The position numbers and the translations under genes were made by a program. Shown here piece by piece: positions 45,863-55,945 of a stretch of 64,000 nt of DNA. Source of the stretch: Candidatus Nomurabacteria bacterium (GTDB lineage Bacteria > Patescibacteriota > Minisyncoccia > Phycocordibacterales > UBA9973); the NCBI GenBank assembly GCA_016699085.1, contig CP064958.1:345375-409374 (forward strand), given 5' to 3'. The notes below the pieces were generated by a model that saw only the letters and a program-made list of their open reading frames with translations, ran no database searches and was not told the origin of the DNA. The stretch's first letter is position 1. The number at the start of each line of letters is the position of its first letter.

Positions 45863-45890
45863 TACCCTCACATTCTGAGGGTATTTTTTA
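45863..45890 (+). terminator. rho-independent terminator
   Basis: ATACCCTCA-cattc-TGAGGGTAT + TTTTT. Confidence 0.8.
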
Positions 45891-45905
45891 TGTTAAAATT
45901 TTTAT

Positions 45906-47396
45906 ATGCAACGATATTTACTTTTTATCGTTATGCTTGCATTTGGTATTGGCATACTAACAGCTAGTTATGTTCCAATACCTATAAATATACTCTGTAT
46001 ATTTATAGGTATTGGTGTACTCCTTTTCTTTTTACAATTTGTATTTCAAAAGCGCAAAAATATTTTCCTTCTCATTTCAATACTCCTGCTTGCTTTTACC
46101 ATTGGCATAGTTCGTACACAGTTTGCGATTATAGGCATACCACCCTATTTAGAAGAATTAGTAGGGGATAATGTCTCGTTTACTGGAGAAATAATTGCAA
46201 AACCAGATGTGCGAGAATCGAGCACGCGGTTAATAGTGGAGAGTACTAATCTTGTGCCAGATGAAAAAGTTAGATTACTTGTCGTTGTTGGTCCTTATGA
46301 AAATATTTCTTACGGGGATACGCTTAAAGTTACAGGCATAGTCGAGACGCCAGAAAATTTCCAAACCGATCAAGGCAAAGAATTTGATTACGTTTCCTAT
46401 CTCGGCAAAGACGATGTGTATCTCATAGTACCGAAAGCAAAGGCGAGTGTTATAGACACTCGCCCACGTTCGCTCCTTAAGATGTTGTACAACATCACTG
46501 ACCGTTTTAGTAATGTTATTAGTGACGCTGTTCCTGCGCCCGAAAGCACATTTGAACAAGGTATTCTTTTGGGGGCAAAGTCTGGATTATCCCAAGAGTT
46601 GCGTAATGCATTTATTACGACAAGTACCATCCATATTGTTGCCCTGTCTGGCTACAATGTATCAATAGTTGCTCGCGCAATTGAAAACATCTTCTCATCT
46701 TTCCTCTCTCAAACATTCGCACTTAGCTTAGGGGGGTTAGGCATCGTACTGTTTGTACTGGCAACTGGTGCACAAGCAACGGCAATCAGGGCAGGTGTGA
46801 TGGCGCTCTTGGCAATTATTGCCAAGCGTACTGGACGGACGTACATGATTACTCGTGCGCTTTTTATTGCTGGTGCATTGATGCTTCTTTGGAATCCAAA
46901 ATTGCTTGCATTCGATGTATCATTCCAGCTTTCTTTTATTGCAACAGCGGGAATTATTTGGATAACACCAATTCTTCTACAGAAACTTTCATGGATCCGT
47001 ATTTTGTGGTTCAAAGACATAATTGCAACAACAATAGGGGCTCAAATTGCTGTTGCGCCGCTCATACTGTATAAGATGGGCACCTTTTCTTTGATTGCAC
47101 TTCCAGTCAATATTATTATCTTGCCATTTATTCCTATCGCGATGTTGCTCGGATTTTTTATTGGGGTTATTGGACTTGCGAGTCCCGTGCTCGCCATGCC
47201 ATTTGGCTATTTGTTGTACCTATTACTCCATAGCATACTTTTTATTGTGGTTACTGCGAGTCATATTCCTTTTGCAATGGTTGTTGTGTCGCATTTCCCG
47301 TTCATACTGGCATTGATTCTGTATCTGGCACTTTTGTATTGGCTTTATCGGACGCACCGAAATAGAAGTAATGAAATAAAAGACACTGCATTTTAA
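45906..47396 (+). CDS. comEC: competence protein ComEC/Rec2, N-terminal part (DUF4131 + channel domain)
   Basis: polytopic membrane protein, OB-fold region then ComEC competence-domain TM bundle; no metallo-beta-lactamase domain in this ORF. Confidence 0.7.
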   Translation: MQRYLLFIVMLAFGIGILTASYVPIPINILCIFIGIGVLLFFLQFVFQKRKNIFLLISILLLAFTIGIVRTQFAIIGIPPYLEELVGDNVSFTGEIIAKPDVRESSTRLIVESTNLVPDEKVRLLVVVGPYENISYGDTLKVTGIVETPENFQTDQGKEFDYVSYLGKDDVYLIVPKAKASVIDTRPRSLLKMLYNITDRFSNVISDAVPAPESTFEQGILLGAKSGLSQELRNAFITTSTIHIVALSGYNVSIVARAIENIFSSFLSQTFALSLGGLGIVLFVLATGAQATAIRAGVMALLAIIAKRTGRTYMITRALFIAGALMLLWNPKLLAFDVSFQLSFIATAGIIWITPILLQKLSWIRILWFKDIIATTIGAQIAVAPLILYKMGTFSLIALPVNIIILPFIPIAMLLGFFIGVIGLASPVLAMPFGYLLYLLLHSILFIVVTASHIPFAMVVVSHFPFILALILYLALLYWLYRTHRNRSNEIKDTAF

Positions 47397-47405
47397 TTCT
47401 ATTTT

Positions 47406-48002
47406 TTATTCCAGCGCTTCCTCGAAGTTATCTTCAACATCATTCCAATTAAGATTCTCAAAAAAGGCTTCAACGTATTTTTTCTTGTCTGCTGGTGTAT
47501 AGTCAAAAAGATACGAATGTTCCCACATATCAAGTGCAAGGATTGGTGAGAGTCCAGTTAGTTGTCCCAAGTGTTGCTCGTCTACCCACTGCATGATAAG
47601 CCTTGTTGTTTTTCTGTCGTAGTAAAGCATAGCCCAACCAATGCCTCGAGTAAGTGCGATTGCTTTAAATCGTGCAAGCCACGCATCATATGAGCCCCAT
47701 TCTTTCTCTATATTTGTCTGCAGCACACTATCCGCTGGGAATGAGCTAGCACCGCCTTCGAGTGCGCCAAAGTAATATTCATGGTTTCGCATGCCGTCGA
47801 ATTCAAATGCAAATCTGCGCTGTAGTTCGCCGAGTTCATAGGCATATTTCTCACTATTTCCCGCTAGTTCATCGATATGTTCGAGAATAAGGTTGGCATT
47901 TTTAACATAGCCCTGGTAGAGCTTCAAGTGTTCCTCGATTGTTTTTGCTGATATTCCTGCAAGTTCAGGAATTACGAATGCTTTAGCGGTAAATGGTGTC
48001 AT
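47406..48002 (-). CDS. sod: Fe/Mn superoxide dismutase
   Basis: EEHLKLYQGYV (His-containing N-domain), DMWEHSYLFDY C-domain metal ligands; 198 aa. Confidence 0.9.
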   Translation of the reverse strand: MTPFTAKAFVIPELAGISAKTIEEHLKLYQGYVKNANLILEHIDELAGNSEKYAYELGELQRRFAFEFDGMRNHEYYFGALEGGASSFPADSVLQTNIEKEWGSYDAWLARFKAIALTRGIGWAMLYYDRKTTRLIMQWVDEQHLGQLTGLSPILALDMWEHSYLFDYTPADKKKYVEAFFENLNWNDVEDNFEEALE

Positions 48003-48080
48003 ACATTATATTGAAATAGTTAGAAGTAATGGCTAAAGTATACCACGGGAATTTTTTACCAGGAGAGGTATACTTTATAT

Positions 48081-48941
48081 ATGTCACACAGGTATACATA
48101 CCTATCTATAGGATTTGGAACGTTACTTTTTGTTATTTGGTTTTTTATTTTGCAAAGTTTGCCCCACGATTCAGGTAAACTCAAAGTTGCCTTCTTAGAT
48201 ATCGGACAAGGGGATGCAATTTATATTGAGGCACCCAATGGCAATCAAATGATTATCGATGGCGGACCGGGGATTGCACTTATGAATAAATTGCCCGAGG
48301 TGTTGCCATGGGGTGACAAAACTATCGATACAGTTGTTATTACCAACCCAGACGCAGATCATTATTCAGGTCTAATTCCTTTATTTGAACAATATGCAGT
48401 TGCTTCAGTTGTTGAACCTGGCACGCGTTCAGAGACATCGCTCTATCAAACGCTTGAAGAGCATATAATTCTAGAACATGTGCCTCATCTACTAGCGACG
48501 CGTGGAATGGAGATTATACTCGATAGTGAGAAACATATTTCCTACGAGATCCTTTTCCCGGATCGTGATGTGTCTACCTGGGAAACTAATGACGGATCAA
48601 TCGTCGGCAAACTCACCTATGGCGATACATCATTTCTTCTTATGGGTGATGCCACCATACTGACCGAAGGTATTGTCGTTGCTGAAAATAAAAATACGCT
48701 TGATACTATTGATGTTCTCAAGCTTGGTCATCATGGTTCGCGGACATCATCTGGCAATCCGATTCTTACTGCGACGACACCTGATGTTGCGATTATTTCT
48801 GCGGGATTGAATAATAAATATGGTCATCCACACCAAGAAGTCATTGATCGATTACTAGCTTTGCATATTCCATACCTTACAACATTCAAAGAGGGAACAA
48901 TTATCTGCGAGAGTGATAGTATGGATATTATCTGTCAGTAA
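48081..48941 (+). CDS. ComEC-type metallo-beta-lactamase domain protein (C-terminal ComEC module as separate gene)
   Basis: TM + FLDIGQGDAIYIE ... NPDADHYSGL ... LKLGHHGSRTSS motifs characteristic of the ComEC MBL nuclease domain. Confidence 0.7.
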   Translation: MSHRYTYLSIGFGTLLFVIWFFILQSLPHDSGKLKVAFLDIGQGDAIYIEAPNGNQMIIDGGPGIALMNKLPEVLPWGDKTIDTVVITNPDADHYSGLIPLFEQYAVASVVEPGTRSETSLYQTLEEHIILEHVPHLLATRGMEIILDSEKHISYEILFPDRDVSTWETNDGSIVGKLTYGDTSFLLMGDATILTEGIVVAENKNTLDTIDVLKLGHHGSRTSSGNPILTATTPDVAIISAGLNNKYGHPHQEVIDRLLALHIPYLTTFKEGTIICESDSMDIICQ

Positions 48942-48945
48942 AATA

Positions 48946-48970
48946 AAAATCACGCATATGCGTGATTTTT
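48946..48970. terminator. bidirectional terminator (palindrome AAAATCACGCATATGCGTGATTTT)
   Basis: perfect palindrome flanked by A- and T-runs between convergent genes. Confidence 0.8.
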
Positions 48971-49214
48971 ATTTTACTGCTCCGGCTTTTTTGAGAGTGG
49001 CGTAGACGCCGTTTTTGTTGAGTGTTCGTAGTCCTCGAGTCGAAATTTGGACTGTGACTGTTTTCTTGAGCTCAGGTACGTAGATTCTTTTCTTCTGAAT
49101 ATTGATATATCGACGAGTTTTACCAGTTGGCGTGAAAATAGTAGCACGTGTGCGGTTCGCATACTTGCCGGCGGTCGTCGAACTTCGTTTTGTGACTATA
49201 CATGTTTTAGCCAT
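48969..49214 (-). CDS. rpmB: 50S ribosomal protein bL28
   Basis: MAKTCIVTKRSSTTAGKYANRTR ... basic 81-aa protein matching the L28 N-terminal pattern (MA+xC.VTxK ... TAG ...). Confidence 0.6.
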   Translation of the reverse strand: MAKTCIVTKRSSTTAGKYANRTRATIFTPTGKTRRYINIQKKRIYVPELKKTVTVQISTRGLRTLNKNGVYATLKKAGAVK

Positions 49215-49219
49215 AGTGT

Positions 49220-49867
49220 TTGCATGCTATCATGCTATATACCTATATGCAAGTTACTGAATCAATTTTTTACGTTGCTGTGCTCATTATGTCAGTCGTT
49301 GTCCACGAAGTGGCTCATGGCTATGCGGCATCGCGCCTGGGGGACCAAACCGCAGTCATGGCTGGCCGGTTGACACTTAATCCCCTTAAACACCTCGACT
49401 TCATTGGATCGTTTCTTTTACCGCTCCTCCTCATTATTTCCAAAGCAGGTTTCGTTTTCGGCTGGGCTCGACCAGTGCCATACAATCCGAATAATTTACG
49501 CGATAAAAAATGGGGAACGGTGATTGTGGCTTCGGCAGGTGTTATAGCCAATGCTGGCATGGTTGTTATTTTTTCACTCGTGTTGCGGCTCTTGCCACTT
49601 GTTGGTGTCACTTCGCCAGCACTCATAGGCATTCTTTCTATTATCGTCTTGGTCAATATTGTGCTTATGATTTTTAACCTTATCCCGATTCCCCCGCTTG
49701 ATGGTTCTAAAATCCTCTTTGCTTTTTTGCCACCAAGCGCTCGTCGTATTGAATACTATATGGAGCAGTACTCCCTCGTCGTACTTCTTTTCTTTGTTAT
49801 ATTCCTCTGGAGATATATTGCACCGTATATATATATATTATTCCATGCAGTAACAGGATTAAGCTAG
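49220..49867 (+). CDS. M50-family (site-2 protease-like) membrane metalloprotease
   Basis: HEVAHGYAA (HExxH in TM helix) and NLIPIPPLDGSKIL (LDG motif); polytopic. Confidence 0.65.
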   Translation: MHAIMLYTYMQVTESIFYVAVLIMSVVVHEVAHGYAASRLGDQTAVMAGRLTLNPLKHLDFIGSFLLPLLLIISKAGFVFGWARPVPYNPNNLRDKKWGTVIVASAGVIANAGMVVIFSLVLRLLPLVGVTSPALIGILSIIVLVNIVLMIFNLIPIPPLDGSKILFAFLPPSARRIEYYMEQYSLVVLLFFVIFLWRYIAPYIYILFHAVTGLS

Positions 49868-49946
49868 GTCATGGCAGACTTGCGTTTTCCTTGGGGCTAT
49901 AGTAGAGTTATCGCACTAGCTTTTTGAGCTATTTTTGTTTAGACAT

Positions 49947-50372
49947 ATGCCGACAATCAACCAATTAATCAAAAATAAAAGAAAGAAGGTTATTAAGAAA
50001 TCAAAAACTGTCGCACTTGCGAGAGGGTTTAACTCGCTTAAGAACCGACCAGTCTACTACCCTGCCCCATTTAAGCGAGGAGTTTGCACGAAAGTTTCAA
50101 CAACAACTCCAAAGAAGCCTAACTCAGCGCTTCGTAAGATTGCACGTGTTCGTCTCACTAACGGTCTCGAAGTGACTGCCTACATCCCGGGTATTGGTCA
50201 CAATCTCCAAGAACACTCAGTTGTTATGCTCCGTGGTGGCCGTGTGAAGGACTTGATCGGGGTACGATACCACATTGTTCGCGGTATGCTCGATGCATCA
50301 GGAGTCGATAAACGTATGCAAAGCCGTAGTCGCTATGGTGCCAAACTTCCTAAGAAAGGCGATAAGAAATAA
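49947..50372 (+). CDS. rpsL: 30S ribosomal protein S12
   Basis: [14 protein letters not shown] ... [10 protein letters not shown] ... canonical uS12; start at 49947. Confidence 0.95.
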   Translation: MPTINQLIKNKRKKVIKKSKTVALARGFNSLKNRPVYYPAPFKRGVCTKVSTTTPKKPNSALRKIARVRLTNGLEVTAYIPGIGHNLQEHSVVMLRGGRVKDLIGVRYHIVRGMLDASGVDKRMQSRSRYGAKLPKKGDKK

Positions 50373-50387
50373 TTTTAATTTAAATTC

Positions 50388-50858
50388 ATGCGAAGAAAAG
50401 TCAAAAATCGTAATACTGCAGAGCCAGATCTAACCTACAACTCAGCCCGTCTAGGTAAGTTTATCAATGCCATCATGTTTGATGGTAAGAAAGAAACTGC
50501 GCGCCAAGTTGTCTACGATGCACTCACGATAATCAAAGAAAAAGCTGCAACTGAAGAACCGCTTGAAGTATTCGATACTGCTATTAGAAATGCTTCTCCT
50601 GCAACTGAAGTTCGCTCACGCCGAATCGGTGGTGCTAACTATCAAGTCCCTCGTGAAGTTCGTCCTGAACGCCGACAAGCACTGGCATTTCGTTGGATTA
50701 TTGATGCTGCTCGTGCAAAGAAAGGCTCACCAATGGCCAACCGTCTTGCAGATGAGTTAATGCTTGCTGCTAAGAACGAAGGTTCTGCTATCAAGAAGCG
50801 TGATGATACGCATCGTATGGCTGAAGCCAACAAAGCCTTTGCTCACTTTGCGTGGTAA
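50388..50858 (+). CDS. rpsG: 30S ribosomal protein S7
   Basis: canonical uS7, 156 aa. Confidence 0.95.
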   Translation: MRRKVKNRNTAEPDLTYNSARLGKFINAIMFDGKKETARQVVYDALTIIKEKAATEEPLEVFDTAIRNASPATEVRSRRIGGANYQVPREVRPERRQALAFRWIIDAARAKKGSPMANRLADELMLAAKNEGSAIKKRDDTHRMAEANKAFAHFAW

Positions 50859-50880
50859 TTGTAAATAATCTTCAATAACA

Positions 50881-50910
50881 AAAGCTCCCTAATAGGAGCT
50901 TTTGTTATTT
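50881..50910 (+). terminator. rho-independent terminator between rpsG and fusA
   Basis: AAAGCTCC-ctaata-GGAGCTTTTGTTATTT. Confidence 0.65.
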
Positions 50911-50990
50911 GCATAAACTTACCTTATACCGTATAGTATTGGCACAAGACGCAAGTCTCTTTTTTATTTATTTTATACATATAACGAACT

Positions 50991-53141
50991 ATGGAACGAG
51001 ATTATCCGTTAGAGAAAGTAAGAAATTTTGGTATTATCGCCCACATTGATGCGGGTAAAACAACGACAACTGAGCGTGTCCTTTACTATACCGGTGTGTC
51101 ACACAAGATCGGCGAGGTGCATGACGGCGAAACAACGACTGACTGGATGGAACAAGAGCGCGAGCGTGGTATCACGATCACGTCTGCTGCGGTGACTTGT
51201 TTCTGGACGCCAACGTATGCATTGACTGACAAAAATAAAAAGCATCGTTTCAATATTATTGATACCCCAGGTCACATCGACTTTACGGTTGAAGTAAAGC
51301 GCTCCCTCCGTGTGCTCGATGGAGCTGTCGTTGTGTTCGATGGTGTTGCTGGTGTTGAACCACAATCAGAAACCAACTGGCGTTATGCTGATGAGGCAAA
51401 CGTCCCTCGAATCTGTTTCATCAACAAACTTGACCGAACCGGTGCATCATTTGAACATTCCTATGCAACAATCCTTGATCGTCTTTCCAAAAAAGCTGTT
51501 CGTGCACAAATTCCAATAGGACTTGAGGAGAAACATGAAGGCGTGATTGATCTCCTTCGTATGAAGGCCTACTACTTCGAAGGTGAGATGGGAAATAAAG
51601 TTATCGAAAAAGATATTCCTGAAGAATATAAAGCTGATGCGGAGAAATACCATAGTGAGCTTATCGAGAAAATCGTCGAGCAAGATGATGCAGTCATGAA
51701 TGAATATCTCGAAGGCAAAATTCCTGATTTTGATATGCTTAAGAAATTGCTCAGAAAAGGCGTGATTGCCAACAATGTATTTCCAGTCTTTGCTGGAAGT
51801 GCACTCAAGAACAAAGGCGTGCAACTCGTTCTCGATGCTGTTGTTGACTATCTCCCAGCACCTACCGATATTCCGCCGATCCCAGGTATCAATCCTGATA
51901 CTGATGAAGTGACGGAACGCAAAGCGTCTGACGCGGAACCATTTGCAGCGCTCGCATTTAAAGTTGCTACTGATCCATTCGTCGGACAGATTATTTTCTT
52001 CCGTGTGTACTCAGGTACACTTGAAGCCGGCTCATATGTCTATAACCCACGTACTCGCAACAAAGAGCGCATCGGCCGAATTCTTCGTATGCATGCCAAC
52101 GATCGAGAAGAAGTGAAGAAAGTCTATGCCGGAGAAATTGCGGCAGCTGTTGGACTCAAAGATACGATTACGTCAGACACGCTCTGTGATCAAGAAAAAC
52201 CTGTTGAGCTTAACCGTATCGTCTTCCCTGAACCAGTTATTTCGCTACGAGTAGAACCAAAGACCAAAGCTGACCAAGAGAAAATGGGTATGGCACTTAA
52301 CCGTCTTGCCCAAGAAGATCCGACATTCCGCGTATCTACTGATCAAGAAACAGGAGAAACGATTATTGCTGGCATGGGAGAACTACACCTTGAAATCATC
52401 GTTGATCGTATGAAGCGCGAATTTGCTGTGGAAACCAATGTTGGCAAGCCACAAGTTGCCTACCGAGAAACAATTACCTCAGAAGCTTCAGCCGAAGGCA
52501 AGTACATCAAGCAGTCTGGCGGCCGCGGTAACTATGGTCACGTCAAAATCAAGATCAAGCCAATGGATATGTCACTTACCAAAGAAGACATTGAAGATTT
52601 ACCAAAGAATACCAAGCGTGAACCACATTTCGAATTCATCAACAATATCAAAGGTGGCGCGATTCCGCAGGAATATATTCCACCAGTTGAGAAAGGCTTC
52701 CGTGAAGGACTTGATCGGGGAATTCTTGCAGGGTTCAAAATGGTAGATGTTTCTGTTGATCTCTGGGATGGTAGTTTCCATGAAGTTGACTCGAACGAAA
52801 TGGCCTTCAAAATCGCAGCATCGATGGCTATCCAAGACGCAGCCAAAGCTGCTAAGCCTGTCATCCTTGAACCTATGATGAATGTTGAAGTCGTGACCCC
52901 TGAGAAATTCATGGGTGATGTAACTGGAAGTCTTTCTGCAAAACGTGGACTTATCGAAGGCATGGAAGATCGAGGTATGAATAAAGTTGTTCGTGCTATC
53001 GTGCCGCTATCTGAAATGTTCGGCTACATGACCAATCTCCGTTCGATGACTGAAGGTCGGGCAGGATTTACTATGGAATTCATCCGGTACGATATCGTAC
53101 CTGCTAACGTTGCGGAAACAATTATTGCTGCAAGGAAGTAA
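50991..53141 (+). CDS. fusA: elongation factor G
   Basis: G-domain [24 protein letters not shown]; 716 aa full length. Confidence 0.97.
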   Translation: MERDYPLEKVRNFGIIAHIDAGKTTTTERVLYYTGVSHKIGEVHDGETTTDWMEQERERGITITSAAVTCFWTPTYALTDKNKKHRFNIIDTPGHIDFTVEVKRSLRVLDGAVVVFDGVAGVEPQSETNWRYADEANVPRICFINKLDRTGASFEHSYATILDRLSKKAVRAQIPIGLEEKHEGVIDLLRMKAYYFEGEMGNKVIEKDIPEEYKADAEKYHSELIEKIVEQDDAVMNEYLEGKIPDFDMLKKLLRKGVIANNVFPVFAGSALKNKGVQLVLDAVVDYLPAPTDIPPIPGINPDTDEVTERKASDAEPFAALAFKVATDPFVGQIIFFRVYSGTLEAGSYVYNPRTRNKERIGRILRMHANDREEVKKVYAGEIAAAVGLKDTITSDTLCDQEKPVELNRIVFPEPVISLRVEPKTKADQEKMGMALNRLAQEDPTFRVSTDQETGETIIAGMGELHLEIIVDRMKREFAVETNVGKPQVAYRETITSEASAEGKYIKQSGGRGNYGHVKIKIKPMDMSLTKEDIEDLPKNTKREPHFEFINNIKGGAIPQEYIPPVEKGFREGLDRGILAGFKMVDVSVDLWDGSFHEVDSNEMAFKIAASMAIQDAAKAAKPVILEPMMNVEVVTPEKFMGDVTGSLSAKRGLIEGMEDRGMNKVVRAIVPLSEMFGYMTNLRSMTEGRAGFTMEFIRYDIVPANVAETIIAARK

Positions 53142-53168
53142 AAGCGTACGCAAGTTTATATAACAACA

Positions 53169-53223
53169 TCTCGCCCCGTACTAAACAATCTGCGCATTCG
53201 GCAGGTTGTTTTGGTTCTGGGGT
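53169..53223 (+). repeat. bipartite GC element, copy 3 (TCTCGCCCCGTAC-32 nt-GTTCTGGGGT)
   Basis: 27 nt after the fusA stop; same boxes and spacing as copies 1 and 2. Confidence 0.7.
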
Positions 53224-53266
53224 GCCACAAAACGTCGCTGAGACGATCATTGCCGCAAGGAAATAA
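53219..53266 (+). pseudogene. decayed duplicate of the fusA 3' terminus
   Basis: translates [15 protein letters not shown]-stop versus the fusA end [15 protein letters not shown]-stop. Confidence 0.65.
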
Positions 53267-53280
53267 AATTTACATAAACA

Positions 53281-53310
53281 AAAATCTCCCCAAACAGGGG
53301 AGATTTTTGT
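53281..53310 (+). terminator. rho-independent terminator
   Basis: AAAATCTCCCC-aaaca-GGGGAGATTTTT. Confidence 0.8.
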
Positions 53311-53359
53311 TTATTGACATTTATGATAATTTGTGATAATCTAAGCAAAACTTAAAAAT

Positions 53360-54133
53360 ATGAAAAATAAAAGACTTCCTTTTATCATCTTGGCACTGGC
53401 TGCCATTGCTACGATTATTTTTTTCGCTGTCTCCTGCTCCAAGGAGAAAAGTATTGTTGATTTGGTGAACGATATTGAACCGGTTCATCGGTTAGATAAT
53501 CGTTATACATCTATCCTGGATACGTTATCAACAATGACAGACAAAGGCAAATTGGAATATATTAACAAACAGTGGCCAACACTCGGAAATGATGTTGTTT
53601 ATTGGGTAAGAAACTATTCTGATGATATGCCTGCATATTCTCGAATTTCAAAAACTGCAAGAATTGATTCTGTGGTCTTACTTTTCGGTAGTGGAAAAGA
53701 TGCACAAGGCAACGATGCAAATGGGAATATGCATGATGGCGGAATATTTGATAATGATCTAATTGCCGCAATTTATGTTCACGGAGAAAAGGATCCTCAC
53801 AAATATTTCGTACAATGCACCAATGGTATGAGCTATCCGGTAGAAACATCAAATGTTCGGAGAATTGGTCGCATAAAATATGGAAGTGAATTTACCATCG
53901 GAGAGGGAGAAGGATTCTGTCACTATATATCCTTTGATGTTGGGATTGACTTAGGACGTGAGTGCGGAATTAAATTTTATGAAGGGAGAATTCAAACCCC
54001 AGAGCATGAAATATCATATGAACGTGCATGGGAATTGAGAGATCAAACTGATGATATACAGGTTACGGCTGGATTGAAAAAAGGAGATTATTTTAACCTT
54101 ACTACCAGGAAGTGCAAACTGGTTCCCAGATAA
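53360..54133 (+). CDS. putative lipoprotein, hypothetical
   Basis: lipoprotein signal MKNKRLPFIILALAAIATIIFFAVSC. Confidence 0.45.
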   Translation: MKNKRLPFIILALAAIATIIFFAVSCSKEKSIVDLVNDIEPVHRLDNRYTSILDTLSTMTDKGKLEYINKQWPTLGNDVVYWVRNYSDDMPAYSRISKTARIDSVVLLFGSGKDAQGNDANGNMHDGGIFDNDLIAAIYVHGEKDPHKYFVQCTNGMSYPVETSNVRRIGRIKYGSEFTIGEGEGFCHYISFDVGIDLGRECGIKFYEGRIQTPEHEISYERAWELRDQTDDIQVTAGLKKGDYFNLTTRKCKLVPR

Positions 54134-54153
54134 ATTTGCTATTTTAAATGGCA

Positions 54154-54182
54154 AAACCCACCAATTAGTTTGGTGGGTTTTC
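54154..54182. terminator. bidirectional terminator
   Basis: AAAACCCACCAA-ttag-TTTGGTGGGTTTT. Confidence 0.8.
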
Positions 54183-54440
54183 TTTTGCGTCTTTTTTAGG
54201 TAATACGCCTTGTTCTTCGAGTTCCTTTCGTTTTTCTGGAGACATAAAATCTTTGGCTAACATGTCGCCTAATGCTTCGGGTGTAAGTGGTTTATCCTTG
54301 ATAAATTTACCTTTTTCATAATTAAAAATTTCTCTTTTGTCCATACATATATTGTATAGCGGCATATACCACCGGTCAATCATTGTGATTGGGAAGCGCT
54401 TTACAATAAAACCAAGATACTTCATGATAGGAAAAACCAT
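54165..54440 (-). CDS. hypothetical protein
   Basis: 91-aa ORF, Lys/Glu-rich C-terminus. Confidence 0.35.
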   Translation of the reverse strand: MVFPIMKYLGFIVKRFPITMIDRWYMPLYNICMDKREIFNYEKGKFIKDKPLTPEALGDMLAKDFMSPEKRKELEEQGVLPKKDAKENPPN

Positions 54441-54459
54441 TATCTAAACAGGCAAGTAC

Positions 54460-54675
54460 ATGGAAAGTTCCAATAAAAAATACCATCAAGCATATGCAAT
54501 CGCTAGAGCATTGTATACGTTAATATATGTAGGAAGCCGTAAAATGTCTCCAGAAGTTTATATATGTATCGTTCAGGGTGTCAAAATGTCCCAAGGTACT
54601 CTTGCTGAAGAGTCGGAGTTCCCCGGTGTTGTAGAATTTTCTCATGAACTAAATTTAGCTTTGCAAAAAAAATAA
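54460..54675 (+). CDS. small hypothetical protein
   Basis: 71-aa ORF; terminator hairpin AAGAACCCCATGGGGTTCTT at 54817-54838 downstream. Confidence 0.3.
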   Translation: MESSNKKYHQAYAIARALYTLIYVGSRKMSPEVYICIVQGVKMSQGTLAEESEFPGVVEFSHELNLALQKK

Positions 54676-54887
54676 TTGGAAGGATATCTATCTCACCTAC
54701 ATGTTGCAAACTTTAGAAGGAGCCCCGGCAATCATCACCGAAGCGCAAATCAAGAGTTTAGTTATTCTTTTAAGAAATGTGAGGAATATACTAGAGAAAA
54801 AAATGTTGTCTTAGTTAAGAACCCCATGGGGTTCTTTTTATTGCAAAATACAATATTTATGTTATAATAAAATAAACTTTATTTGAC

Positions 54888-55289
54888 ATGCTAAAAACAA
54901 AACAAAACAAAGAGGCAGATGTTGCGGTGCTCAATCTATTTAAGGCACTGCGAAGACTGGTAAAGGGCGAGACTAAGAAATTATCAAAAGCAAACTACAA
55001 GAAACTTACTTCTGTAGTACGTTTGATGAATACCAAACCCACCGAGAATAATCTTGAGGTGGTGAAACAATCTTTCCTGAAGAGTATCAAAGGTGATCCT
55101 GACTATATTGGCTGCAATGAAACGTATTATTTGATTGAGACGTATACCCCAAAAGAATCGCTGGATTCAATTGTGAAGGAATTGCTCAATATATGTGGAT
55201 CTAAAGATTTCAAAGCCTCTGTGCTTTTACTTTGGAGCCAAACCATGCGCGATAAAGCGCTTGAAGAAAAACGAAAACTGACAAAATAA
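54888..55289 (+). CDS. hypothetical protein (first of a three-gene small-ORF operon)
   Basis: 133 aa, Lys-rich, no domain recognised. Confidence 0.4.
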   Translation: MLKTKQNKEADVAVLNLFKALRRLVKGETKKLSKANYKKLTSVVRLMNTKPTENNLEVVKQSFLKSIKGDPDYIGCNETYYLIETYTPKESLDSIVKELLNICGSKDFKASVLLLWSQTMRDKALEEKRKLTK

Positions 55290-55294
55290 GTAAC

Positions 55295-55678
55295 ATGGAA
55301 AATACGACATCACTTGCCCGATTACGAGTGGGCACAGCAAAAAATATTGCTTTTGGACTTGTAGAATTTATTGTTAACAAAAGGGGTATTTTGTATCCTA
55401 AGATAAAAGAAACAGTCTATCAGGCATTACATTTTATGGAGACTGAAAACGGTAAAAGTATTGAAGAATACCGACCTTGCAATACGGGCGCGCGAGAATT
55501 GGCTGAGTGGATGATTGATAGTGTGAGTCAATATCGTCGTGCTGCATTTGCGGCATATGTCCGTGCGAAGTTAAATAATGATCCGATTATTGCTAACGTA
55601 GAAGAGAAACAGATATTCAACGACGCCTTGGAAGATGTGTCGTATCAGCTAGCTTGTCAACTGAAACACACGAAGTAA
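55295..55678 (+). CDS. hypothetical protein
   Basis: 127 aa; 5-nt gap from the previous ORF. Confidence 0.4.
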   Translation: MENTTSLARLRVGTAKNIAFGLVEFIVNKRGILYPKIKETVYQALHFMETENGKSIEEYRPCNTGARELAEWMIDSVSQYRRAAFAAYVRAKLNNDPIIANVEEKQIFNDALEDVSYQLACQLKHTK

Positions 55679-55881
55679 TGCACAGATCCTTAGAACTTTC
55701 AAATGCAATGAGGGAAATTTTCCCTCAAGATTCTAAGAAAGATTTCTGGATTGAGTGTATACGAAGCAAACTCAGTCACCCACATATGAACAGTAATGCT
55801 CAAGAATGCACAGGTGATTTGCTTGTCGTGATGGAAAAAGTAAAAGATATTCTCCATCAGAGGCGAAAAGCATTTCTCTGA
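55654..55881 (+). CDS. small hypothetical protein
   Basis: 75 aa, overlaps the previous ORF by 25 nt; followed by terminator AATACCCC-ttctttct-GGGGGTATT (55888-55912). Confidence 0.3.
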   Translation: MSTETHEVMHRSLELSNAMREIFPQDSKKDFWIECIRSKLSHPHMNSNAQECTGDLLVVMEKVKDILHQRRKAFL

Positions 55882-55945
55882 TTGCTCAATACCCCTTCTT
55901 TCTGGGGGTATTTCTTTTTTACAGAAAATCTGTACACTGAACCAA

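Noticed and set aside
54676-54867. 63-aa ORF following the 71-aa small gene
   Set aside because: It contains the rho-independent terminator hairpin AAGAACCCCATGGGGTTCTT (54817-54838) within its coding region, and has His/Arg-rich composition with no coding signal. Most likely a 3' UTR.
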